Assembly (NCBI GenBank): GCA_964628445.1
Contig: CAZVOP010000006.1
Span: forward strand, 6,723 to 70,722
Direction: 5' to 3'
Length of the DNA stretch: 64,000 nucleotides
DNA from: an uncultured Pseudobdellovibrionaceae bacterium
Lineage (GTDB): Bacteria > Bdellovibrionota > Bdellovibrionia > Bdellovibrionales > UBA1609
In this document: in pieces, positions 56,561 to 64,000 of the stretch
Numbering within the stretch: position 1 is the stretch's first letter
Layout of the letters: each line of letters starts with the position of its first letter
Made by a program: the position numbers and the translations under genes
The notes under the pieces: generated by a model
Told to the model about the DNA's origin: nothing
The model's database searches: none
What the model saw: the letters and a program-made list of their open reading frames with translations, nothing else

Positions 56561-57051
56561 AATCCACCCGTCACCCGCATGTAAGTGAGTTGTGTCAGCC
56601 AACCCAGAAGCAAGGCGAAGGTATAGGGGATCTTGTGCAGGTGTTGCGCTTCGATCTTCTGCCTTTGTCCAACCTTGGTCGTATTTTTTACGACCGCAAG
56701 CAGTTGATTGGACAATGCCGCGCGCGTAACACCGAACAATGCGCCCCAGATGAAAGAGTAAATTAAGGTCCAGAACATGGTGAGCGGATTCACCGCAAGC
56801 GCGAACACCGCAAACAGCTTCACGTCGCCGCCGCCTAAAACTCTAAAGGCAAATAAAGGAATCGTTAAAATCAAAGCCAACAGCAACGTGCCGATGCCGG
56901 TCATGAATCCTTCGATTCCCAAAAAATAGAAATTTGCGAGCACCACGGCCGGAAGCAAGGACAATACGAGGACGTTGTGAACTTTGCGCGAACGCAAGTC
57001 ATCCACCATACCGGCAACCAACGTAAATGTGGCAACGCCCAACATAACCAT
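56557..57051 (-). CDS. cpaA: prepilin peptidase CpaA/TadV (A24 family)
   Basis: GMVDDLRSRKVHN and GGGDVKLF are the two Asp boxes, and the protein is polytopic. Start at ATG 57051 (TGATG overlap with the upstream ORF). Confidence 0.75.
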   Translation of the reverse strand: MVMLGVATFTLVAGMVDDLRSRKVHNVLVLSLLPAVVLANFYFLGIEGFMTGIGTLLLALILTIPLFAFRVLGGGDVKLFAVFALAVNPLTMFWTLIYSFIWGALFGVTRAALSNQLLAVVKNTTKVGQRQKIEAQHLHKIPYTFALLLGWLTQLTYMRVTGGL

Positions 57052-57269
57052 CAGTTTCCCCCCGATGGACCGTCCGGCTTCGTCCACGTCACACCGAGGC
57101 CGTCTTTCGAGGTGCGAAATCCATCTCCAGTGGAAATGTTTCTCTCAACTCGAGCAGCTAAGCGGGGAGCTGATTTCTTGAAGGTCTCGATAGGACCAAG
57201 ATCCCCAAGAAAAGCTCCTAAGACTAAAAAAGCGTAAATGCCCAATAAGAGCACTAGCTCGACTGTCAT
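57051..57269 (-). CDS. small hydrophobic-N-terminus protein (leaderless pilin-like?)
   Basis: 72 aa. MTVELVLLLGIYAFLVLGAF resembles a mature Flp N-terminus (TEYxLLL) without a leader. Confidence 0.4.
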   Translation of the reverse strand: MTVELVLLLGIYAFLVLGAFLGDLGPIETFKKSAPRLAARVERNISTGDGFRTSKDGLGVTWTKPDGPSGGN

Positions 57270-57295
57270 TTAGCCCCCACTTCCCCGCGCGCGGG

Positions 57296-57484
57296 TTACT
57301 GAACCGTAAAGCCGCCGATAGCTCCACCGAGTTCCTCAAGTTTTGCCGTCAATGTTTCCGTGATTTTACCGCGGAACAATAGCGCCAGAGCCACAACCAC
57401 AACGAGCAACAAGATGTACTCGGTCGCGCCTTGGCCGGATTCGTCTTTCCACAAATTCTTAAGCATGGATGTCATGTTCTTCAT
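57296..57484 (-). CDS. flp: Flp family type IVb pilin
   Basis: DESGQGATEYILLLVVVVALALLF is the textbook Flp motif (G/ATEYxLL). 62 aa. Confidence 0.85.
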   Translation of the reverse strand: MKNMTSMLKNLWKDESGQGATEYILLLVVVVALALLFRGKITETLTAKLEELGGAIGGFTVQ

Positions 57485-57699
57485 GATAATTCCCCCTGAT
57501 ATCTAATATCGGCGTGTTGCACGACCGACATAAGGTCTGTTGTTTGGAAATTGGAGAGGTTACGGGCAGATACTCAAAGAGTAACAAAATTCGGCACCGA
57601 GATAAACAATCGCACTTGAGAACGTCTCAAACTGAAACACGACGAAGAGCCGGGCTTGCCTATCTTCAAAAAAATCTTTGGAATTGCCGATAAGTAGAT

Positions 57700-58536
57700 G
57701 TGGAATTCTCAATTCGAGACGAGCAAACGGCAGCCGGGCTTCTGTGCAACCAGCGCGGCCAGGGTATCGTCGAATACATTCTGACATTGATCATCGGCGT
57801 CTCGCTGATCCTTGGCGGCATGTATCAACTCAACTCCGCTTTTAAAGGTTGGGCGACAAATTATTTTGGGACATACTTAGCTTGTTTACTTGAGGCCGGC
57901 GAATTGCCGAGCATCTCGGGCACCGGCGGCGACAGCGGTGTTTGCAATCAATTGTTCAAGCCTTTCACCTTGGCTGAAGGCCGCCCGTTAAAACCCGGCA
58001 CAAATTCCGGCGCGGAAAAAGGCAGCACCGGAACCGGAGGCGCGGCGAGCGAGAAAGTCGCGGGCTCATCCACCGTTGGCGGTGGCGGCGGTTCATACGG
58101 AGGAGGCCGCGCATTCGGCCGCGGCTCGACTTCGCGTGGAATCGCCGCAAAAGGCTCGCGCGGCAAGGGTGCCGGCGCAACTTTTACCGGCAGTACGGAG
58201 GCCGGCGATTATGGCGGCGGTTACTCAAACACCAGAAAAAAACTCGATGTGCGGGTGAAGAAAAATTTGGATAACCGTTTTGCCTTCGACGACGAACGCG
58301 ACAAGCCGGAAAAGCGCAAGGCAATGAGTTCGTTCCGCAAACCGAGCGAAGAAGGCGGTAAAGCACCACGCATCCGCGTTAAGAAAACGGACAAGAAACG
58401 TGACATCGCCGCACAAGAAGACACAGGTCTGAACATTCCAAACTTTCTGCGCTATTTGATTATTGCGGGAATCATCGTCGCGCTTGTGGTGTTCCTCGGG
58501 GGACAAACTCTGCAAATCGGAAAGTCGATGGACTAA
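57700..58536 (+). CDS. Gly/Lys-rich protein with N-terminal Flp-like processing motif and C-terminal TM
   Basis: GTG start. NQRGQGIVEYILTLIIGVSLILGG is Flp-like. The centre is G-rich low complexity, followed by a basic segment and a C-terminal TM (LIIAGIIVALVVFLGG). It is divergent from the flp operon. Confidence 0.5.
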   Translation: MEFSIRDEQTAAGLLCNQRGQGIVEYILTLIIGVSLILGGMYQLNSAFKGWATNYFGTYLACLLEAGELPSISGTGGDSGVCNQLFKPFTLAEGRPLKPGTNSGAEKGSTGTGGAASEKVAGSSTVGGGGGSYGGGRAFGRGSTSRGIAAKGSRGKGAGATFTGSTEAGDYGGGYSNTRKKLDVRVKKNLDNRFAFDDERDKPEKRKAMSSFRKPSEEGGKAPRIRVKKTDKKRDIAAQEDTGLNIPNFLRYLIIAGIIVALVVFLGGQTLQIGKSMD

Positions 58537-58698
58537 TTTCGGTGCGCTTTCCGATGCTGCGCATCGCCATTTGTATTCACACACGACACAAGAAAATTTT
58601 TTAACGACTCCACATATCTAGACAGTCCTGTTTGGCCGGGGGATACCTTTATATGTGTCAAGGGAGGAAGCGGTTACTGGGGTAGTTTAGGGGGAGCA

Positions 58699-59076
58699 AT
58701 GGAAGATCGTGGTTTAATCACGATTAACCGCCGCGGGGTATTTAGCTTGGACGAGGCGCGCAGTATTCTGCCTGTTGTACGCAGAATTACGCATGAGTTT
58801 AGCGCCAAAGTTGAGCTGTTGATCGCAAGGTTAGAGACATTACAACTGAATCAAACGGAAACCATCTGCGCACTCGAAAAGCAGGTGAACGATCTTATTC
58901 AAACTTGGAATGATAAAATTCGTAAGCTTGGGGCCGATCCACGTGGCCTATGGGTCGTGGATTTCAATAGTGGTGAAGGATATTACTGCTGGAAGCATCC
59001 GGAGATCGACATTCTTTACTGGCACAGTTATGAAGATGGTTATTCGGGCAGGAAACCGCTCGCGAATAACCACTAA
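58699..59076 (+). CDS. DUF2203-like protein
   Basis: VFSLDEARSILPVV ... GLWVVDFNSGEGYYCWKHPEIDILYWH..EDGYSGRKP matches the remembered DUF2203 pattern. Confidence 0.55.
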   Translation: MEDRGLITINRRGVFSLDEARSILPVVRRITHEFSAKVELLIARLETLQLNQTETICALEKQVNDLIQTWNDKIRKLGADPRGLWVVDFNSGEGYYCWKHPEIDILYWHSYEDGYSGRKPLANNH

Positions 59077-59090
59077 CGAATGGATTTGGG

Positions 59091-60722
59091 ATGCGCATCG
59101 CGCTCGCTCAAATTAACGCCGTCATCGGCGATTTTGAAGGCAACAAGGCGAAAATTTTAGATTACGTCCGGCGCTCATTTGAACGCCGATGTGACCTCGT
59201 CGTTTTTCCCGAAGCGGCTTTGTTCGGTTATCATCCTGTCGACCTCTTAGAGCGCCCCTCTTTGGTCGCGGAGCAAGAAAGACATCTTAAGGAAATCCAC
59301 AAGCTCACGCCGAAAGGCATGGCGGTTTTGGTCGGCGCATTTATGCGCAACACTTCCGGCAAAGGAAAAGGCTTCTGGAACGCGGCCGTGTTTTTAGAAA
59401 AAGGCAAGAAGCCGAAAATTTTCGCTAAACAACTTTTACCGACTTATGATGTGTTTGATGAAAGCCGTCATATCGAACCCGGCCGAGTGGCCGATAATAT
59501 TTTAAAATTCAAAGGCAAAAAAATCCTCGTCACCATCTGCGAAGACATTTGGGGCTGGAAGCGCAAAGACAATCCGTTCTTCTCGACCTATGGACGGAAT
59601 CCTCTCGAAGACGTGAAATCATCAGGTCTGGATCTGATTCTGAATCTCAGCGCTTCGCCGTTTACGCACAGCAAATGGAAAAACCGCGGCGTCGTTACAC
59701 GCAATTGCGTGAAGCATTTCAAATGTCCGCTGGTTTACGTGAATATGGTGGGCGCGCAGGATGAATTGATTTTTGACGGCGGCTCATTCGCTTTGGATCA
59801 AAAGGGCAAAGTGATCGCGCAGTGCTTGCGTTTCACGGAGGACCTGAACGTCGTCGACGTGTTGACCAAATCCTCTGGCGGCGGGATTCGCGATTTACCA
59901 ACCGATCTGCAAGAAATCATTCGCTGCGCGCTTGTTTTGGGCGTCCGCGACTTCGTCAAGAAAACCGGATTCAAGAAAGTCCACTTTGGCTTAAGCGGAG
60001 GCATTGACTCCGCTCTTGTCGCGGCATTGGCCGCGGATGCCGTCGGCCCGATGAACGTGACTGGAATTATGCTGCCCGGCCCGTTCACGTCGCCCGAGTC
60101 GACGAAATGGTCCAAAGAGCTCGCAAAAAATTTGGGAATCGGATTGCATGAAGTGCCAATCACCGCAATGTACCAGCAGGCGCTCAAGGATTTTGAGAGA
60201 GAATTCGGACATAAGGATTTTGGCCTGGTGAATGAGAATCTACAAGCCCGGATGCGTGGGATTGTCCTTATGGCTTTTTCCAACCGCGAAGGCAGCATGT
60301 TGCTTGGGACTTCGAACAAAAGCGAATTAGCGGTCGGCTACTCCACTTTGTACGGCGATATGATCGGCGGGCTTATGCCGATCGGCGATTTGCTAAAAAC
60401 GGAAGTGTTCGCTCTGTCGAAATACTACAGTCTTGAAAGCGAGGTTATCCCTCGCGGTATTATTGAACGGTTGCCCTCTGCGGAACTGCGCGAAAATCAG
60501 ACCGATCAGGATAGCCTGCCCCCGTATGAGGAACTTGATCGCATTATTTCTAAATTGGTCGTCGGCTTTCACCCGCCAAGCGGAGATCTCGAAAAAAAGA
60601 TTTTGAATATGATGATGAACAGCGAATTCAAACGCTGGCAATCGCCGCCGGTGTTAAAAGTGAGTGATCACGCTTTCGGACGCGGCCGCCGGTTTCCCGT
60701 CGCGCATAAGGCGCGTGGATAA
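59091..60722 (+). CDS. nadE: glutamine-dependent NAD+ synthetase
   Basis: An N-terminal CN-hydrolase domain (MRIALAQIN ... FPEAALFGY ... VTICEDIW) plus a C-terminal synthetase domain (GLSGGIDSALVAAL ... NLQARMRG ... GTSNKSELAVGY). Confidence 0.9.
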   Translation: MRIALAQINAVIGDFEGNKAKILDYVRRSFERRCDLVVFPEAALFGYHPVDLLERPSLVAEQERHLKEIHKLTPKGMAVLVGAFMRNTSGKGKGFWNAAVFLEKGKKPKIFAKQLLPTYDVFDESRHIEPGRVADNILKFKGKKILVTICEDIWGWKRKDNPFFSTYGRNPLEDVKSSGLDLILNLSASPFTHSKWKNRGVVTRNCVKHFKCPLVYVNMVGAQDELIFDGGSFALDQKGKVIAQCLRFTEDLNVVDVLTKSSGGGIRDLPTDLQEIIRCALVLGVRDFVKKTGFKKVHFGLSGGIDSALVAALAADAVGPMNVTGIMLPGPFTSPESTKWSKELAKNLGIGLHEVPITAMYQQALKDFEREFGHKDFGLVNENLQARMRGIVLMAFSNREGSMLLGTSNKSELAVGYSTLYGDMIGGLMPIGDLLKTEVFALSKYYSLESEVIPRGIIERLPSAELRENQTDQDSLPPYEELDRIISKLVVGFHPPSGDLEKKILNMMMNSEFKRWQSPPVLKVSDHAFGRGRRFPVAHKARG

Positions 60723-60741
60723 ATTATAAGTATTTACCGAT

Positions 60742-61155
60742 TTATTCGTCCTTCAACGGCAGCATCAACGTAAAATCTTCGTCACCGCCGGCGCGGCCGT
60801 CTTTCCCTAGGGAACGGATGATCAAACGCTCACTATCACGAAAGTAATCAAACGGGCGGCCCCATGCATCCTTAAGATCCTCAGGTTTTAAGCAATCCAC
60901 CTGAGGACAAGCCTTCGAGCACAGACCCTCTCCGACCAATTCTTCCAGAGAATCTGGATAGGCCCCACATTCCTTTTTCAAGGTCGTCAAACTCTCGCCG
61001 ATCATTTCAATCAACGAAGTCGTCGCCGCGACTTGTGCTTTGTCATCGACTCGCGGAGCCCTTTTGCTGTTTTCGACAAGAAAAAAGCGTATAGAAAACG
61101 CCATAAAAAACATGGTGATGAAGGCTAAAATCAGAAGAACGGTTTTTCTTTTCAC
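60742..61155 (-). CDS. GspG C-terminal-domain-like protein
   Basis: N-terminal TM. KDAWGRPFDYFRDSERLIIRSLGKDGRAGGDED resembles the DPWGxPYxY...SxGxDGxxG block of T2SS major pseudopilins, but no prepilin cleavage motif is present. Confidence 0.4.
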   Translation of the reverse strand: MKRKTVLLILAFITMFFMAFSIRFFLVENSKRAPRVDDKAQVAATTSLIEMIGESLTTLKKECGAYPDSLEELVGEGLCSKACPQVDCLKPEDLKDAWGRPFDYFRDSERLIIRSLGKDGRAGGDEDFTLMLPLKDE

Positions 61156-61219
61156 ACCTTCAGGCTAACGCGAGGCTTCTTGCCCAGACAAGAAGCTTCG
61201 CGTCGCTTACGCTATCCGT

Positions 61220-61594
61220 ATGCGAAATTTGATTCTATTTTCCACGCTTGCCCTCATCTCCACATCAACGTTCGCGGACTCGCTTATCACCTGCACCTAT
61301 CAATTCGCCGGCGTCGACTTCGCGACTCTCGAGGTCGCTATATATGACGATGGGACACCCGCCTCCTCAGTCAGCGTCACCCATCAAGGCAAAACTCATA
61401 AAGAAACCGCAACCGGCGACGCTATCGCGCCCGGCGAATTCGCGCATTACTGGGTCTCGAAGCAAAGCGCCGAAAACGACCTCGAAGTGATCATCTACAG
61501 CCCCAAGCAGCCGCAAGGCGATTCCAAGATGATCAACCATCACGTGCCTTTCGGCGATACCATGTGGGCGCAAAATTGTACGGGAATTCCCTGA
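61220..61594 (+). CDS. hypothetical secreted protein
   Basis: 124-aa ORF with a signal peptide (LILFSTLALISTSTFA). Confidence 0.4.
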   Translation: MRNLILFSTLALISTSTFADSLITCTYQFAGVDFATLEVAIYDDGTPASSVSVTHQGKTHKETATGDAIAPGEFAHYWVSKQSAENDLEVIIYSPKQPQGDSKMINHHVPFGDTMWAQNCTGIP

Positions 61595-61599
61595 GGCGA

Positions 61600-62220
61600 C
61601 TACAAAAGATCGAGAAGGTTAAGCTGCTTCGGCTGCGGATCGATCACGGGAAAACGAACTTCCGCCTTACCGGTCAATGCCACCAAATTCTGTACCGGCG
61701 GTGGGTTCAGATGCGAGCCGGTCATGCGCTCGATCATCTTTAAAAATAACTTACCACAATAAGTCGCATCGGCTTCGGCACGGTGAAAACCGGCCGCATC
61801 GATATTCAAATGCTGCACCAATGTACCAAGTTTGTAGTTCGCCAGGCCCGGATAGACTTTCTTCGCCATCAAATAGGAGCAAAGGACCAAACCCTTGGGC
61901 GTACGCATCTCATGTTTTTTAAAATCGGAAACGAGAAACTGAAAATCAAAAGCCGCGTTATGCGCGACCATGATGTCGTCGCCGCAAAATTCGACCAAAC
62001 TCTCGAGCAGCTCTTCGATTTTTGGTTTACCACGAACCATCTCATCGGAAATTCCGTTCACCGCGGATGCGCCGGCGGGAATGGACATCTGAGGGTCCAC
62101 TAACGTCGAAAATACAGCGTCGACTTCACCGTTAACCATGCGCACAGCGCCCAGCTCCACAACCCTATCAACACCGGGCAAAAAACCGGTGGTCTCTAAA
62201 TCGAATGCGACAAATCTCAT
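61600..62220 (-). CDS. DEDDh 3'-5' exonuclease (DnaQ/epsilon-like)
   Basis: FVAFDLETTG (ExoI), MVAHNAAFDFQFL (ExoII) and FHRAEADA (ExoIII, His type). Confidence 0.8.
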   Translation of the reverse strand: MRFVAFDLETTGFLPGVDRVVELGAVRMVNGEVDAVFSTLVDPQMSIPAGASAVNGISDEMVRGKPKIEELLESLVEFCGDDIMVAHNAAFDFQFLVSDFKKHEMRTPKGLVLCSYLMAKKVYPGLANYKLGTLVQHLNIDAAGFHRAEADATYCGKLFLKMIERMTGSHLNPPPVQNLVALTGKAEVRFPVIDPQPKQLNLLDLL

Positions 62221-62259
62221 GACATCATCATAGTCATCCCTCTAAGCTCCCATCAAGAG

Positions 62260-62574
62260 ATGACGAGCAAATTTATCTATTTTCAACCCTTAAAAAAACC
62301 CTGTGAAATCAAGGGTCAGGGGTCGGTTCTTGAGGTCGCCCTCGGTAACGGCATCGAAATTCCACATTCCTGCGGGGCAATGGGCAGCTGCACCACCTGC
62401 CGGGTGATCGTTGAAAGCGACCTCAAAGCACTTCCCGAAAGAAACGAGCTCGAACAAGACATCGCGGATATGCGAAACTTTAAGCCTGAAGAGCGGCTTT
62501 CATGTCAGCTGCCGCCTTTAGATGGATTGATTTTACGCATTCCTGATATTTTAGAGGACGACGCCCTCACGTAA
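62260..62574 (+). CDS. 2Fe-2S ferredoxin
   Basis: C-x5-C-x2-C (SCGAMGSCTTCRV) plus the distal Cys in LSCQL. Confidence 0.75.
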   Translation: MTSKFIYFQPLKKPCEIKGQGSVLEVALGNGIEIPHSCGAMGSCTTCRVIVESDLKALPERNELEQDIADMRNFKPEERLSCQLPPLDGLILRIPDILEDDALT

Positions 62575-63773
62575 AATGGGTTCGTGTAAATCCACGGAAT
62601 CCACTTTTTTCCGTCGGGAATAGGCATAGTGGGGATCACACGAACCATCACTCGGTACACGCCGGGCCCATTCAAAAAGTAATTCGTTACTTGCGAGTTC
62701 GAAGTCATCATACGCTCGCCGTTTTTATAAATCACGGTATCAAAAGGCACGTCCGGCTTTTGCGGCAAGGCCACCTCCAACGTCATCCCTTCTTCGAATT
62801 CAGTCTTGCCGCCCATCATGGTCACCTGGCCGCGCTTATTTTTTAAAATCGCATTGAAGCCTTTCGGATTCCCCAATATGTCGAGCGACATATAGAGCTG
62901 CCCCTGGCGTAACGCGCCTGACAGCTTTTCGAAATCAGTCGCCGCATTTCCCGTCAGTTCCGAGCGCAGCAGTACGTGATTTCGCACCAAAGAGAAAAGC
63001 GTTTCGTACGTTGGAAATTTCAAAAATGAGTTTGCGCCGCCGATAATCAGCTTGGCATCGGCATCGGCTCCGGCGATCCCGATCGCCGGGCGGGTTTGAT
63101 TCAATTCATCCCAAAGCTTAAGTTCGTCGTCCGGCGCTTCGAATAACCGCAATAAAGCCAACTGCTCATGAAAGGGATAAACAATTAAGCTCAGCAAAAA
63201 AGAAAATTTGTTTTTTGTCCACGACTCTTGCCAAACGCTTTTTAAATTGATGACTTCAATGCCGTCGAGACCGGGAGGATATGCGCCGCTCCAACCATAT
63301 TTGGGCTTTAAAGGATGGGCCAAAATCAAAAGTCCGACGTCGTTGTCCTTTTTTGTTTGCGACAAAAGATCGGCGAACAAGACTTGCGAACGCCCCACGC
63401 CTTGTAAGTGCCGACTTGTGCTCGCGCCGATGTTCAGTAGCCGCGTGTTCAAGTAGCTGTATTCGCCGTCCATCATCACCAGCAAGTTGCTGTGATAGCC
63501 GGCGAATGAACTTGGCTTATCAAATACATTCAGATCGGTAATCGATAGGAAGTCGAGGCCCGTCGTTTGCGCGGCTTCGATCACTCGAGTAATATCGCCG
63601 GACCCGGAACTCATATTGGTGTGCACATTGGTGACGCCGCGATAATCAAAATAGCCGCGCGGCGGCTCCGCCACTAGATCCTCGCGAAAGACACGCACAT
63701 CGTAATTCGCAATGTACAACCCGTAGATCAAATAAAAGAAAATCGCGCCGGTAAGAATAAAAAAACTTTTCAT
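62505..63773 (-). CDS. membrane-anchored PHP/CehA-like metallohydrolase candidate
   Basis: N-terminal TM. GVTNVHTNMSSGSGD ... GLDFLSITD loosely resembles the PHP H-x-H ... S-x-D-G opening. This is weak. Confidence 0.35.
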   Translation of the reverse strand: MKSFFILTGAIFFYLIYGLYIANYDVRVFREDLVAEPPRGYFDYRGVTNVHTNMSSGSGDITRVIEAAQTTGLDFLSITDLNVFDKPSSFAGYHSNLLVMMDGEYSYLNTRLLNIGASTSRHLQGVGRSQVLFADLLSQTKKDNDVGLLILAHPLKPKYGWSGAYPPGLDGIEVINLKSVWQESWTKNKFSFLLSLIVYPFHEQLALLRLFEAPDDELKLWDELNQTRPAIGIAGADADAKLIIGGANSFLKFPTYETLFSLVRNHVLLRSELTGNAATDFEKLSGALRQGQLYMSLDILGNPKGFNAILKNKRGQVTMMGGKTEFEEGMTLEVALPQKPDVPFDTVIYKNGERMMTSNSQVTNYFLNGPGVYRVMVRVIPTMPIPDGKKWIPWIYTNPFYVRASSSKISGMRKINPSKGGS

Positions 63774-64000
63774 GGCGCCTCAATCTTCCATAGCTCAAAG
63801 TGGTCGTCCACAGGAATCACTTCCACGATCTTATGTCCACTCGAAGAATATTGAATCGGCAATACGTCGCCCTTTTCCACCGCCAAATAGTAGATGCCGG
63901 GCTGCGGTTCGCTCTCGCGCAGATAATCGTAAAAATCTTTGCGGTTCATCCCACGCAACTTAAAGACCGGGCGCCCCTGCTCGAAATGAAGTTTTGCGGC

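Noticed and set aside
56289-56567. First 93 codons of ORF 55674-56567
   Set aside because: This G/R/S-rich frame overlaps the better-supported pilin-like gene 56285-56560. GTG 56288 has a strong GGAGGAGG SD.
57950-58200. Repetitive GGC/GGT-rich stretch considered as a possible repeat array
   Set aside because: It is in-frame poly-Gly/Ser low complexity of the 57700-58536 CDS. There is no repeat-spacer periodicity, and no CRISPR-like array anywhere in the window.

Overview
The 64-kb chromosomal window has two clearly different parts. (1) Positions 1 to about 18 kb are accessory DNA at a tRNA-Ser(GCU) gene. A 13,157-bp integrative island (4758-17914) is delimited by a perfect 18-bp direct repeat of the tRNA 3' end. 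It carries a tyrosine integrase, an excisionase-type HTH protein and a PrimPol/VirE replication protein. It also has an ImmR/ImmA-like switch with a striking palindromic operator array, and an AbiE-like wHTH + nucleotidyltransferase pair. A very AT-rich stand-alone OLD-family ATPase-TOPRIM nuclease is bracketed by a bipartite ~90-nt direct repeat and preceded by ~850 nt without a convincing gene; that stretch holds only one SD-led 27-codon hydrophobic ORF. Several other island genes could not be assigned. Left of attL (1-4757) lies a second, decayed accessory segment with a Fic protein, a PD-(D/E)xK-like protein, a Zn-ribbon/NDT-TIR-like protein, and resolvase and IVS-protein remnants. (2) Positions 18-64 kb look like core genome. 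They hold tRNA-Arg and tRNA-Asn, a translationally coupled ccoN-ccoO-cytochrome c-truncated globin-nnrS operon with divergent P-type ATPase/Rrf2/PAS-kinase genes, aat, rmuC, groES-groEL and a lytic transglycosylase. They also hold a compact tad/flp pilus operon with a fused CpaE-CpaF ATPase and a terminal YD-repeat protein, plus nadE, an exonuclease and a ferredoxin. The gene content is reminiscent of Bdellovibrio-like bacteria (inference only). No rRNA, CRISPR array, transposase or reverse transcriptase was seen. All family assignments come from motif recognition by eye, not from database searches. The best candidates for something undescribed are the repeat-framed OLD cassette with its long non-coding leader, the unassigned two-gene module next to attL, and the Zn-ribbon/NDT-like protein.
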